Shown piece after piece: positions 9,596 to 20,525 of a stretch of DNA of 64,000 nt. Origin of the DNA: Myxococcota bacterium (GTDB lineage: Bacteria; Myxococcota_A; SURF-8). Numbering within the stretch: position 1 is the first letter of the stretch; each line of letters opens with the position of its first letter. Position numbers and translations under genes: made by a program. The notes beneath the pieces were generated by a model. The model was not told the origin of the DNA. It saw nothing but the letters and a program-made list of their open reading frames with translations, and ran no database searches. The DNA lies in assembly GCA_965140415.1 (NCBI GenBank), contig OZ223209.1, positions 2,304,001-2,368,000 on the forward strand, written 5' to 3'.

Positions 9596-10819
9596 ATGCG
9601 TATCGCTCATTTCATTGCCAGTTACAAGCCAGCCTGGGTTTACGGTGGGACGGTGTCTTCGATGGCGATGTTGTGCGAAGGATTGGCCGAGCAGGATGTG
9701 GACATTCACGTCATCACGACCAATGCCAACGGCGCAACGGAGTTGGATGTTCCTACCGATCGTTTTGTTGATGTCGATGGGGTTTCGACCCGATACTTTC
9801 CACGCACGAAGGTGCCATTCGGCATCGAATCGCTGGCGCTGCGAAAGGAAATCGACGATCTGGTGCGAGAATTCGATCTGGTGCATATCTCCTCGGTCTG
9901 GCACACCTTGGGAACCAGTGTCGCCAAGGCGGCTTTTAAAGCCGGAGTTCCTTATATCAACACCACCCACGGCAGCTTCAACCGCTGGATGTGGAACGAT
10001 TATTACAGCGCCCGGCATCGCCTGTTCTGGCATCTGCTGCTGAAAAAAACCTACAAGCGAGCGAGCGCGATTCACTTTACTTGCGATATGGAAGTGGAGG
10101 ATTTCGACTCGTTGAATTTAGGTATACAGAACCAGGCGTTTATCGTACCCAATGGGTTACGGACGCGCGATTTCGCCTATGACGAAAACAAGGCCGCCCA
10201 GTTCCGTCGGGAACTTGGCCTGGATGAGAAGACGAAAGTGCTGCTCTTCTTCGGACGTCTGCACCCGAAAAAGGGCATCGATGTGTTCCTGAAAGCCGCC
10301 AAGGATGAATTGATCAAACATAAAGATTGGCTCTTTTTGGTGATCGGTCCCGATCAGCGAGGCTATCGCGACGAACTTCAACGATTGACAGAAGAGTTGG
10401 GTTGCGCAGAGCGGGTGCGTTTCGTGCCGATTCTGGAAGGTGACCTGCGCGTGGGGGCATACAGTGCGGCGGATATTTTTGTATTGACCAGCCATAACGA
10501 GAATTTCGGTATGACGGTCATCGAGGCCATGTCTGCCGGGTTGCCGGTGTTGATTTCCGATCAAGTGGGCGTTTCCAGAGAAATCGCCAGGGATGGGGCA
10601 GGGCAAGTCGTTAAGATGACGGATGAAAGTATCCGCGAAGGGCTGCAAAGCCTGATGGGATCGAAACGGAAAAGGGATCAACTGAGCAGCAAGGGGCTGG
10701 CCTGCGCCGTCAATCGCTACGATCTGGAAGTCATCGCCCGGCAGATGGCGGAAACGTACCGGGCGCTGCTGGGGCAGACCGAAGAGGCGGTCCATTGGCT
10801 TTATACTCGTAGAGGTTGA
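9596..10819 (+). CDS. Glycosyltransferase family 4
   Basis: GRLHPKKG and ENFGMTVIEAM (EX7E) motifs. Confidence 0.92.
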   Translation: MRIAHFIASYKPAWVYGGTVSSMAMLCEGLAEQDVDIHVITTNANGATELDVPTDRFVDVDGVSTRYFPRTKVPFGIESLALRKEIDDLVREFDLVHISSVWHTLGTSVAKAAFKAGVPYINTTHGSFNRWMWNDYYSARHRLFWHLLLKKTYKRASAIHFTCDMEVEDFDSLNLGIQNQAFIVPNGLRTRDFAYDENKAAQFRRELGLDEKTKVLLFFGRLHPKKGIDVFLKAAKDELIKHKDWLFLVIGPDQRGYRDELQRLTEELGCAERVRFVPILEGDLRVGAYSAADIFVLTSHNENFGMTVIEAMSAGLPVLISDQVGVSREIARDGAGQVVKMTDESIREGLQSLMGSKRKRDQLSSKGLACAVNRYDLEVIARQMAETYRALLGQTEEAVHWLYTRRG

Positions 10820-11177
10820 ATGACGTTTTGCCGGATTGCCGAAAAAACAATGATCGATTTGGATGAAAATCGCTACTGATGCAAAGGGTTGGACCGGTTG
10901 GAATTTTTCTGTAAAGCCAGTCTTGAAATGTTGGCAACATATGAATTTAACAACTGAAAATCAAGTATTCGTTGCGTAGCGGGATAAGCTGTGGTATGTA
11001 GCAGCGGCGCGGATTGTAGTAACTGTCGGGGGGATATCGATAATAAGCAGAGTTGGGTGTGAGTTGATCTGTACACCCCCTCGTTATTTGATGTAAAACC
11101 GCCAAACGGATGTGTTTTGGCGGAAGAAAACACCGTAAACCAGGAATTTGCTTACCAATAGAGAAAGAGAAGGTCTT

Positions 11178-13382
11178 ATGCCTCGTATCATCATACAGAA
11201 CTGGAGAACTGGCGATATTGAAATGGTGGAAGCGCCGCGTCCGGCCCTGCGTCCCGTGGGAGCACTGATTCAGACGTCGCATTCCATTATCAGTCCCGGT
11301 ACCGAGCGGATGATGACGGAGACGGCCAAGAAGAGCTTGGTCGGCAAGGCGCTTTCCCGCCCCGATCTGGTGCGGCAGTTTCTCAATAAAGCCAAGGCGG
11401 AAGGATTCCTGGAAGCCTACAATCTGGCCAACCAGCGTTTGGATACGCCGGTGCCTTTGGGGTACAGTGCCGCCGGTCGCATTTTGGAAGTCGGACCGCA
11501 GGTGGTCGGTTTCGAAGTCGGCGATCGCATCGCAGGAACCGGTGCGGAATTCGCCAGTCATGCCGAGATCAATTATATTCCCAATACCTTGATGGCCAAA
11601 ATCCCGGATAACGTCGCCGACGAAGAGGCGGCTTTCGCCGGAATGGGAGCCATTGCCCTGCACGCCGTGCGTAACGCCAATGTGACGCTGGGCGAAAGTG
11701 TGGCAGTGGTCGGTTTGGGCGTTTTGGGCTTGATGGCGGTGCAGATGCTGCGCTCCAGCGGGGCGCGCGTGATCGCGATGGATCTGGACCCGGTCAAAGT
11801 GGAGATGGCCAAGAAATTTGGCGCGGAAGTCGCGGTGATCAGCGGTGATGTGGGCGCGGAAGACGCCGTGCGCGATGCCACCCAGGGACGCGGCGCCGAT
11901 GTGGTGCTGGTTTTTGCCGCTACGGATAAGAAAGCGGTAACGGACCTGATTCTGGAGATCGCTGCGGACCGTGCCCGTTTGGTGATTCCGGGCGTGATTC
12001 CACTGGATCTGCCGCGCAAGATTCTATACGAAAAAGAGCTGTCGCTGGTCGTTTCACGCTCGGGTGGGCCGGGACTGTACGACGAACTGTACGAAGCGGG
12101 CTTGCGCGATTATCCGATCAACCAGATTCGCTGGACTGCCGGTCGCAACATGGAAGCCTTCCTGCATTTGATTTCTACCGGGGCGCTGGATCTGAAACCC
12201 TTGTTGACTCATCACATCGATTACAACAAGGCTCTGGAATTCTACGATGACCTGCAAAATGGTCGCCTGACCGGTTTGACGCTCGGTGTCGTGCTGCAAT
12301 ACCCGACAGAAGCGGAAAATGCCAAGGTCGAAAAGGTGGAGATGCCTGTGGTCTCCAGTCCGGGCGTGGAAGGAAAAGTCGGCGTCGGCGTGATCGGTGC
12401 CGGTCTCTTTACGCGTTCGATCATGATGCCGAGTTTAAGTAAACTGAAACTGTTCAAAGGTGTCGGTGTAGCGGCTTTGGAGAGTTTTTACAGTTTCCAT
12501 CTCGGACGAAAATTCGGTTTCCAGTACGCCAGCAGCGACTATCACCATCTGTTGGAAGATGACAGCATTCACGCTATCATGATCACCACCCGTCACAACA
12601 TCCATGGTCGTTTGGTGGTGGAAGCGTTGAAGGCGGGCAAGCATGTTTATGTCGAAAAACCCCTGGCGCTTAGTGCCGAGGATCTTTTCGCAATCGAAGA
12701 GACCTTGAAGGAGCATCCCAACCAGTTGTTGATGGTCGGATTCAACCGTCGTTTCGCTCCGCTGACGGAATTCGTTTCGGAGCGGCTGAAATATGTTTCC
12801 GAGCCACGCGCGGTCATGATTCGCTGTAATGCAGGTTACGCACCACGTGACAGTTGGGTACATGGTCCCAGCGGCGGTGGTCGTCTGATGGGCGAGGCCT
12901 GCCATTTCTTCGATCTGATTTCCTATTTCAGCGATTCGGTGCCGGTGCGTGTGAGTGCCGAGTCGATGAAGAGCGATGCCTACATGAAGAGCGACAATGT
13001 CGCCATTAACATCCAGTTGGAAAACGGATCGATCGGCCAGATTCTGTACGTAGCCAACGGTCCCAAGAGCTATTCTCGCGAGCGTGTGGAAGTGTATGCC
13101 GGTGGTTGTGTCGGCGAAATCGACAGCTTCCGCAAGGCCAAAGTGGTCGCTAAAGAGAAAAGCGACTCCAAGCAGTCTATTTCTACGGATCTGGGCTACA
13201 ACCGTGAACTGGAGTTGTTCCTAAAAGCGGTGGCAGAGGGCGGCTCCGCTCCGATTTCGGTGGAAAGTCTGTTGGCCACGAGTTGGGCAACATTGGCGGC
13301 TGAAGCGGCCATCGATGAGCATAAAGCGTATGAACTCGATGAATTTATTGAAATAAAACGCAAAGAGCTTGAGTCGAAATAG
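11178..13382 (+). CDS. Bi-domain oxidoreductase (MDR/ADH-like + Gfo/Idh/MocA) of polysaccharide loci
   Basis: ISPGTE, PLGYS and VVGLGVLG in the N-half; GVIGAG, HVYVEKP and VGFNRRF in the C-half. Confidence 0.88.
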   Translation: MPRIIIQNWRTGDIEMVEAPRPALRPVGALIQTSHSIISPGTERMMTETAKKSLVGKALSRPDLVRQFLNKAKAEGFLEAYNLANQRLDTPVPLGYSAAGRILEVGPQVVGFEVGDRIAGTGAEFASHAEINYIPNTLMAKIPDNVADEEAAFAGMGAIALHAVRNANVTLGESVAVVGLGVLGLMAVQMLRSSGARVIAMDLDPVKVEMAKKFGAEVAVISGDVGAEDAVRDATQGRGADVVLVFAATDKKAVTDLILEIAADRARLVIPGVIPLDLPRKILYEKELSLVVSRSGGPGLYDELYEAGLRDYPINQIRWTAGRNMEAFLHLISTGALDLKPLLTHHIDYNKALEFYDDLQNGRLTGLTLGVVLQYPTEAENAKVEKVEMPVVSSPGVEGKVGVGVIGAGLFTRSIMMPSLSKLKLFKGVGVAALESFYSFHLGRKFGFQYASSDYHHLLEDDSIHAIMITTRHNIHGRLVVEALKAGKHVYVEKPLALSAEDLFAIEETLKEHPNQLLMVGFNRRFAPLTEFVSERLKYVSEPRAVMIRCNAGYAPRDSWVHGPSGGGRLMGEACHFFDLISYFSDSVPVRVSAESMKSDAYMKSDNVAINIQLENGSIGQILYVANGPKSYSRERVEVYAGGCVGEIDSFRKAKVVAKEKSDSKQSISTDLGYNRELELFLKAVAEGGSAPISVESLLATSWATLAAEAAIDEHKAYELDEFIEIKRKELESK

Positions 13383-13493
13383 GAGAAGCAACGGCCCGCG
13401 AACCTGGATCGATTCAAAAGAATTTGAGCGCTTCGGCATTCGCAGACCACTACTCTATTGTGTGTGAATGCGGCTCGTTACGGAGGACAGGAC

Positions 13494-14543
13494 ATGAGCG
13501 ACTACAAAGAGTACTACAAGGGAAAGACCATTCTGATTACCGGCGGGGCTGGAGCGATCGGGACGAATCTGGTGCGCGAGTTGAGCGATCTGGAAGCCCA
13601 GATGATCATCATTCTGGATGATATGTCAGCAGGCTATGAGTGGAACATCCCGGACCGTCCCAACGTGCTTTTCGTCAAGGGCGATATCTGCGATGAAACC
13701 GCACTGAAGCGAGTATTCCAGGAAAAAGTGGATGTGGTTTATCACCTCGCCGCGTTTTTCGCCAACCAGAATTCGGTGGATTATCCCGAGCGCGACCTGA
13801 TGACCAATGGTTTCGGTACCTTGCGTATTCTGGAATATGCCAATCTGTCCAACGTGGAGCGCGTGGTTTATGCCAGCAGCGGTTGCAGCATTTACGGTTC
13901 CGCCGCGCCATTGCCGCTAAAAGAAGACTTCGTGTCCATGCACCTGACGACTCCTTATCAGATCACCAAGATGCTTGGTGAACTGTACAGCAACTTCTTT
14001 TTGCATCATCACGGCTTGAATGTCGTGAAGGCGCGTTTCTTCAACTCCTATGGTCCGGGTGAAGTGCCTGGACAGTATCGCAACGTCATCCCGAATTTCA
14101 TTTACTGGGCCATGCAGGGAAAAGCTCTGCCGATCACTGGTGACGGCCTGGCCACACGCGATTTCACTTATGTTGGCGATCTGGTAGATGGTTTGCTGCG
14201 GGCCGGTTATTACAAGGAAGCCATCGGGCAGGAAATGAATCTGGCCAGCGGTCGCGAAATTCAGATTGTCGACCTGGCCAATATGATTAACGAACTTGTG
14301 GGGAATCCTGGTGGTATGGAATTCCATGGCCGCCGCAAATGGGATACCAAACTTCGTTTGCTGGCCAGTGTGGAACGAGCCAAGAGTCTGGTTGGATACG
14401 TCCCGGATATGAAGTTTGAAGAAGGCTTGAAAAATACGGTGGATTGGTTCAAAGCGAACTGGGATGATATCGACCGCGATGCCGAGTTCCCTCCGGGAAT
14501 GAATTCTGCGGTGCGCAAGAAAGCGGATAAAATTCCGGGCTAG
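13494..14543 (+). CDS. NAD-dependent nucleotide-sugar epimerase/dehydratase (extended SDR)
   Basis: ITGGAGAIG, YxxxK (YQITK), FNSYGP and RDFTYV; GGAGGA RBS. Confidence 0.92.
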   Translation: MSDYKEYYKGKTILITGGAGAIGTNLVRELSDLEAQMIIILDDMSAGYEWNIPDRPNVLFVKGDICDETALKRVFQEKVDVVYHLAAFFANQNSVDYPERDLMTNGFGTLRILEYANLSNVERVVYASSGCSIYGSAAPLPLKEDFVSMHLTTPYQITKMLGELYSNFFLHHHGLNVVKARFFNSYGPGEVPGQYRNVIPNFIYWAMQGKALPITGDGLATRDFTYVGDLVDGLLRAGYYKEAIGQEMNLASGREIQIVDLANMINELVGNPGGMEFHGRRKWDTKLRLLASVERAKSLVGYVPDMKFEEGLKNTVDWFKANWDDIDRDAEFPPGMNSAVRKKADKIPG

Positions 14544-14696
14544 TATTGGCGCTATTGTTTCAGAACCCGATTGACAGGTGTGGAACCTTACAGGCGACCC
14601 GATCACGATTAAAGCTAGTAGCCGGCGGTATGGTGAAGTGATCCGGTTAGGGACTTCCGGATAAGGTGGGGATCGTCACGGCGAAGGGACAGAATC

Positions 14697-16133
14697 ATGA
14701 GACAAGCACTTGGCGTTCGATTGTTTTTCGTGGCAATCGACGTGATCTGCCTGCTGGCTTCGTTTACTTTGGTGTACTATCTGCGCCAGCATGTTTTTCT
14801 TGATGTGCTTGGAGGACCGGAACGACCGACCTTCACCCCTTATCTACAAATCTTCATTGCCATTTCAGTCTTGTGGGTCATTGCCTCGTTGCAGGTGGGG
14901 TTGTTCAATATCCGTGAGATGACGTTCGAAGAAGAGGTGATCCGGATCTTTTTTGCGTTGATGTTGATTCTCATTTTCCTGATCCTGATTTTAACCCTGA
15001 TGAAAGTCAGTTACAACTACTCGCGTTTCGTCATTTTCGGTGGAATTATCGTTTCTTTCTTCACCATTATTCTGATGCGTACCTTCATGAGACGGCAACT
15101 GGATAAGATCGAAGTATCCAAGCGCAACGTGTTGCTGATATGTGGAAGCCCCGAAATGCCGGATATGGTGCAACGTCATCTGGCGCTATTTCGGTCGTCG
15201 CACAATCTGACCGGTGTGGTGTTGCCTGAGCGATGTGTAGTCGAAGGTGAAACGGTAACCATCGGGGAACTGAATTTGCGGGTTCTCGGTAATTTCGATG
15301 ACTTGGACCGCGTGGTGCACGAGTACAACATTCAGCAGGTAAACATCGGTTTGTACAACATGAAACGGGAAGAGAGCGAAACGGTTGCTGCGGCTGTTGA
15401 AGGGCTGGTGCCTTACATCACCATTCTTCCCGATCCTGAAGATATTCTGGTTGCTAATGCCGAAGTCACGGTGCAAGCCGGGGCGGTGAACCTGATGATT
15501 CGACAGAATCTGGTCAATCCGATGTACCGCATGGCCAAGCGACAGTTCGACATCTTTTTCGCAATGGCGGTCTTGTTTTTCCTTTCGCCGGTCTATTTGT
15601 TGATCGCAATATTGATCAAGCTGGATGCGCCGGGACCGATCTTTTTCGTGCAGCGTCGCATGGGGCAGGGCAGGGTACCATTTGGTTGCATCAAGTTTCG
15701 GACGATGGCCGTGGATGCCGAGGAACGCCTGCAACGCATGCTGGATGAAGATCCGGAAGCGAGGGCGGAATTTGAGAAGGATTTCAAGCTAAAGAACGAT
15801 CCCCGCGTCACTCGCATGGGTAACTGGCTGCGCAAAACGTCGCTGGATGAATTGCCGCAGTTTATCAACGTGTTACAGGGCACGATGAGTGTGGTAGGGC
15901 CGCGCCCGATCGTGGAAAAAGAAATTGAAAAATACAAGCGATGGGATAATCTGTTGTTTCGAGCTAAACCGGGGGTCACCGGATTGTGGCAGGTATCCGG
16001 TCGCAATGATGTGACCTATGAGGAACGGGTGATGTTCGATCGGTATTACATCAAGAACTGGTCGTTCCGGCTCGATGCGATGATTATCGTTAAAACGATT
16101 TTTACGGTTTTGTACAAGAGAGGGGCGTACTGA
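14697..16133 (+). CDS. Undecaprenyl-phosphate sugar-1-phosphate transferase (WbaP/WcaJ family)
   Basis: Four N-terminal TM helices plus a C-terminal catalytic domain with KFRTM, SLDELPQ, GPRP and KPGVTGLWQV. Confidence 0.93.
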   Translation: MRQALGVRLFFVAIDVICLLASFTLVYYLRQHVFLDVLGGPERPTFTPYLQIFIAISVLWVIASLQVGLFNIREMTFEEEVIRIFFALMLILIFLILILTLMKVSYNYSRFVIFGGIIVSFFTIILMRTFMRRQLDKIEVSKRNVLLICGSPEMPDMVQRHLALFRSSHNLTGVVLPERCVVEGETVTIGELNLRVLGNFDDLDRVVHEYNIQQVNIGLYNMKREESETVAAAVEGLVPYITILPDPEDILVANAEVTVQAGAVNLMIRQNLVNPMYRMAKRQFDIFFAMAVLFFLSPVYLLIAILIKLDAPGPIFFVQRRMGQGRVPFGCIKFRTMAVDAEERLQRMLDEDPEARAEFEKDFKLKNDPRVTRMGNWLRKTSLDELPQFINVLQGTMSVVGPRPIVEKEIEKYKRWDNLLFRAKPGVTGLWQVSGRNDVTYEERVMFDRYYIKNWSFRLDAMIIVKTIFTVLYKRGAY

Positions 16134-16201
16134 TCCGGAACTGTTGCGGTTGAATTTACAGATTGTTCCGGGGATCGCCGATATTGGAAGGAAGCTGAAA
16201 T

Positions 16202-17431
16202 ATGGCGCGATATCTGTTCATTACCTACTACTACCCGCCGGAAGTCGCGGCGGCTTCTCATTTATACTATCAATTGGCTACCGAGTTGATCGAGCGCGGC
16301 CACGAAGTGATGGTCGTTACCGGTTTTCCGCGTTACAACGCTCAGCATGCCGGAAAAGAGTACGAAGGCAAGTGGTTTATGCGCGAGTTCAAAGACGGCG
16401 TACAGGTCGTGCGTGTCGCTCTGCCACAGTTTCCGCGTACCAAGCCGCTATTGCGTGGCGGTGAGGAGTTCATCAACGCGGCGTTATTGTTTCTGACGGC
16501 GTTCGTGCAGAAAAAAGCCGATGTGTCCCTGGTTTATTCACCACCACTGCCGCTGGGCTTGTCTTCCTATTTCCTCAAGGTGCTGCGCGGTGTGCGTTCG
16601 GTGGTAAACATTCAAGATCTATTTCCCAAAGAAGCCATCGACATCGGGTTGCTGAAGAATCCGATGCTGATCAAAGCCTTACAGGCAGTCGAATCGTTTA
16701 TCTACAAAGGTGTAGATCGCGTCGTCGTCCATTCCGACGGCAACCGGGACTATATCCTGGGGCGTGGCGGAAAACCGGAGCGGGTATTGACGATTCACAA
16801 CTGGATCGATCTGGAAGAAATTCATCCGGGGCCGAAGGATAACGAATTCCGCAAAGCGCATATGCCGGAAGACAAATTCTGTGTGACTTACGGTGGCACG
16901 ATGGGCTGGAATCAGGATATGGAGACCTTGATTCGTGCGATCAACGAGTTACGGGATATCGAGGATCTCTTTTTCCTGCTGGTGGGCGATGGCAACAACA
17001 AACCGCTTGGTCAGCAGATGGTCAAGGATTTGGGGCTTACCAATGTCTCTTTCCTGGATTCCGTACCGTTTGACACCTACAAGGAGTTGGTGCGCGCCTC
17101 GGATGTGGGGCTTGTCAACCTGAATCCCAAGCTGCTTTCTCCGGTAGTTCCTTCCAAGTTGCTTAACCTGATGGGCAGTGCCATTCCTGTGGCGGCGAGT
17201 TTGCCGCTTTCCGGTGATGCACCCAAGATCATCGAAGAATCCGAGTGCGGCTATGTGGTGGATGCAGGTGACTACAAAGGTTTGGCTCAGAGCGTGCATA
17301 AACTGTATCAGGATCAGCCACGGGCAATCGAAATGGGGAAAAACGGACGCCGCTATGCCGAGGAGCATTTCTCCTTGAATTCATGCTCGACACGTTTCGA
17401 AGCGCTATTCGAGGAAATTGCGGTTAAGTAG
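16202..17431 (+). CDS. Glycosyltransferase family 4 (WbuB/WcaI-like)
   Basis: YYPPE, YSPPL, NIQDLFP and PSKL motifs. Confidence 0.9.
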   Translation: MARYLFITYYYPPEVAAASHLYYQLATELIERGHEVMVVTGFPRYNAQHAGKEYEGKWFMREFKDGVQVVRVALPQFPRTKPLLRGGEEFINAALLFLTAFVQKKADVSLVYSPPLPLGLSSYFLKVLRGVRSVVNIQDLFPKEAIDIGLLKNPMLIKALQAVESFIYKGVDRVVVHSDGNRDYILGRGGKPERVLTIHNWIDLEEIHPGPKDNEFRKAHMPEDKFCVTYGGTMGWNQDMETLIRAINELRDIEDLFFLLVGDGNNKPLGQQMVKDLGLTNVSFLDSVPFDTYKELVRASDVGLVNLNPKLLSPVVPSKLLNLMGSAIPVAASLPLSGDAPKIIEESECGYVVDAGDYKGLAQSVHKLYQDQPRAIEMGKNGRRYAEEHFSLNSCSTRFEALFEEIAVK

Positions 17432-17456
17432 AAGAATTAGAAATCGTGTTTCGTAT

Positions 17457-17496
17457 ACAACCCTGTAAAGCATTGTGCTGCGCAGGGTTGTTTTTT
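17457..17496 (+). terminator. Rho-independent terminator of the polysaccharide locus
   Basis: Stem ACAACCCTG...CAGGGTTGT followed by a T-tract. Confidence 0.7.
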
Positions 17497-17516
17497 GCAG
17501 TGTTCGAGTGTGGCTG

Positions 17517-20156
17517 CTATTGAGTTTGACTTTTCTCTGCCTTGAAGCCTTTGGCACGGGCGCGAGAGTAATAGCTTTCTGCCTGTTCCTTGTCGCCCAA
17601 CTTTTCCAGCATACGTCCGATGTGGTTTAACAACAGGCCGTTATCTGGATCGTAGGTCAGCGCCTGACGGTAGTTTTGCATGGCTTCCGTCCAGTCTTTC
17701 TGTCGTTCTGCAATGGTGCCGGTTAAAACGAAGGCGTTCTTTTTTCTTCCTGGGTACGACCAACTCAATTGGTGGATCGTATCGGCGGTTTTACTTGCGA
17801 ATGCGATCTGGTCGGTCGCCAGGTAGGACCAGGCCAGCCGATATAGCAGCAGCAACCTGAGCTTTGTGGTTTTAGATAGCTTCACTGCACGACTTAATTG
17901 TGGAATCGCCTGCTGATAGTTTTTTTCTCGGTAGAGCGTCTCTCCAAGCAAAGCGAATGCGTACAGGCTATCCGGGAAGTTTTTCCGTAATAGCTTGACC
18001 ATGCCTTCTGCGGCTTGTGAATCGTTGATTTCAAGGAGCAGACGTCCTGCATTATACAATTCTTCAGCGTTTGCTTTTTGGGATTGCTTGAGCCATGTCG
18101 CAATCAGTTGCTTGGCTTGATTCGATGCTCCTTGCTTTACAAGAAACTCGGCCAATTCAAGAGTTCGGGCTGGCATGGCGGTGACGGTTGTGGACAACCG
18201 ATCCTTTTGAATTCCTGCGCTTAGCATTTCCTTCCAGATTTCATCTAGAGGAAGCTTTGGAACGGTTTTCCTGCATGCTTCACTGTAAGCCGTTATTGCT
18301 TGTGTATACATGCGCACTCCGGCGTAGGCACGGGCGATTTGAAGATCGACTATCGGATCGCTGGGATTGAGTCGCTGGGCTTTTTGCAGATGCAGCAGTT
18401 TGTCCGGAAAAGCGCTGTAAGACGATGTCGGATAATATGCCGACGCCAGTACTCGCAGGTAGTAATCCGCCGGATGGCGGTCGATAGCGGTTAACATGGT
18501 TGCTTGGAATTGTTGCTCAGACTGCTGCGAGTCGTACGCGACGGTCTGAAGGCGTTCCTGGCAAAGTGGAAGTTTTGCGTAAATTCCATAGCCACCGCCA
18601 AGTAAAACCATCAAAGCAAGTAAGATCGTCAACCCTGCCAATGCCGCCTGCGGTAATTTGAAGGCACGCAAAAAACGTCGCGAGCGCCTAGCATTGCGGC
18701 GAGACATGACCGCCCCGAAGAGCAGCATATAAGGCGCAGACACGGCGAAGGTCGTCAGGCTGAAGTCCACCATGTTGTGCAGGGAAACGCTTGTCAAAGC
18801 GACAATGGCAGCAATATCAAGCTGCTTGGCGTGAGAACTCTTGGCAAGTAAAAGCAAGGCAAATAGAACCGTTAAGAAAATCAGGCTGCCTAGCACAAAA
18901 CCTTGTTCCGTCCATAGTTGTAACAGGATATTTTCCGGATACTTGAAGCTGCGATCCGCAAAATGCGTTTTAAAGATCGGGTAAGTAACTTTGAATGCCT
19001 CAGCCCCAACCCCGGTTAGCGGAACAGATCCGGCCATTTGCAGGCTATCCTGCCACAATTGTAGCTTATCGACTCCCAGACTTTCCGGATCGGCTTCCAA
19101 CGTTTGCCATTCCGTCGTCAATTCAGGGCTTGCCAGCCAAAGGGAAAGTAAAGCGATGACTATTGCCAGCGCCTGCAAGAGCAACAGAGCCGTTTTATTC
19201 ATTTTCCGGGTTTGCTGACGAAGCAGAAGCAGTCCGAATAGGCAACTACCCACAACTGTCGCCAATATTCCTCCTCGGGAAAGAGTTAAGACGAGAGCAG
19301 TGGCGGTAATCAAGGCGATCACTCCCCAGAGAAGGCGGGTTTGTCTCTGGCGACTGCTCAGTATCAGTCCGATCTGTAATGGGAAGCACAGACCAAGGAA
19401 CCCGGCGAAATGATTGGGATTGATAAATGTGGAAAAAAGAAAACGCGGTGGAGAAGGGAAGTGGTACAACCCGAGAATACTGTCTAATCCCAACACTTTG
19501 TTTATGAATCCGATCATGGCCAGACCGAAACCCGTACTGGCGATAATCACGATCAATCGCTGGAATGCGCGTCCATGTGCGAATAGATTTGCGGCAAGAA
19601 AGTAGAGCATCAAGAGCGTCGCGAATCCACCGATGGCAAAGGCTGTTTCCGCAACATCGAGACTCAGAGTGCGCCATTGACCCTGACCGTACAGCCCCAA
19701 ACTGTCCAGGGTTTCATGGTAAAAACTGTCTGTCATCGGAGAAAGAAGCTGAATAAGCCCAGAAGGAAGAGGAAGAATCTGCAACAGGCTGAATACCAGT
19801 CCTCCTGCCAGAACAAGCCAGAATCCGTCGATTTTCAGTGTTTCGCGATTTCGAAGTGCGTGCAGCATATAGAAAGAAAACAGCAGCGTAACGAAGATCC
19901 GTTCAATCCACAGAAGTAGTGGGCGCGAAGTGGTGCTTCCTAGCAGCAGGGCAAGTAGTGGCAGCAAGGCCATCAGGGCAAGCAAAAGCCATCCTGTTTC
20001 CTGTTGACTTCTGGGACGACGACGTTGTCGAGGGCTTGCTTGATGTTCCGTTATCGTTGAAATTTGAAAACCCTCCGCTTTAACCTTCGTGATAGTCAGG
20101 ATTTCTAATACTCCCCCAAAACTCTGCCCATCTTGGAACGGTTGGAATTCTATCAC
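17517..20156 (-). CDS. O-antigen ligase/O-oligosaccharyltransferase family membrane protein with C-terminal TPRs (start uncertain)
   Basis: FINPNHFA, TLSRGG, TGVGAEAF and LHNMVDFSL motifs; helical TPR-like C-terminus. Confidence 0.82.
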   Translation of the reverse strand: MIEFQPFQDGQSFGGVLEILTITKVKAEGFQISTITEHQASPRQRRRPRSQQETGWLLLALMALLPLLALLLGSTTSRPLLLWIERIFVTLLFSFYMLHALRNRETLKIDGFWLVLAGGLVFSLLQILPLPSGLIQLLSPMTDSFYHETLDSLGLYGQGQWRTLSLDVAETAFAIGGFATLLMLYFLAANLFAHGRAFQRLIVIIASTGFGLAMIGFINKVLGLDSILGLYHFPSPPRFLFSTFINPNHFAGFLGLCFPLQIGLILSSRQRQTRLLWGVIALITATALVLTLSRGGILATVVGSCLFGLLLLRQQTRKMNKTALLLLQALAIVIALLSLWLASPELTTEWQTLEADPESLGVDKLQLWQDSLQMAGSVPLTGVGAEAFKVTYPIFKTHFADRSFKYPENILLQLWTEQGFVLGSLIFLTVLFALLLLAKSSHAKQLDIAAIVALTSVSLHNMVDFSLTTFAVSAPYMLLFGAVMSRRNARRSRRFLRAFKLPQAALAGLTILLALMVLLGGGYGIYAKLPLCQERLQTVAYDSQQSEQQFQATMLTAIDRHPADYYLRVLASAYYPTSSYSAFPDKLLHLQKAQRLNPSDPIVDLQIARAYAGVRMYTQAITAYSEACRKTVPKLPLDEIWKEMLSAGIQKDRLSTTVTAMPARTLELAEFLVKQGASNQAKQLIATWLKQSQKANAEELYNAGRLLLEINDSQAAEGMVKLLRKNFPDSLYAFALLGETLYREKNYQQAIPQLSRAVKLSKTTKLRLLLLYRLAWSYLATDQIAFASKTADTIHQLSWSYPGRKKNAFVLTGTIAERQKDWTEAMQNYRQALTYDPDNGLLLNHIGRMLEKLGDKEQAESYYSRARAKGFKAEKSQTQ

Positions 20157-20495
20157 GAAATTGTTTGAGGAAGTTAAAAAAAGACAAGTTGTTCTTTGTT
20201 AAACGCGTGGAGTTTACTGGAATTAGGAATCATTGATGTACCGAAAGCAACAATAGCTGAAGAAATAGACGTACATACCGAATTATTCAAGAAGTTACAG
20301 AAATTGCTTTTTAATAAATTAATTGAATATCGGCTGCCTTTGGTCCGTCTTTATTCTTGAAACTAATAAAGGCGTGACCTTAAAGAAGATATCCTGACGG
20401 TTATTGGAAAAATAGCCGAATTGGAAGGTATGGAAGCTATGGAGAAGTTAAAAAAGAACTGGTGAAATAAAGAAATCCCTTATGGTTTAAACCAG

Positions 20496-20525
20496 TTGAC
20501 AAGATATCAGGCTTGCGGATATTAT
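20496..20525 (+). promoter_or_regulatory. Sigma70-like promoter upstream of the pseudo-rhomboid gene
   Basis: TTGACA-N18-TATTAT, leaving a ~230-nt leader. Confidence 0.45.

Noticed and set aside
14624-14635. ops-like element GGCGGTATGGTG upstream of the sugar transferase
   Set aside because: Mismatch at the conserved G8 of GGCGGTAGnnTG; mid-locus position; no RfaH/NusG paralog in the window.
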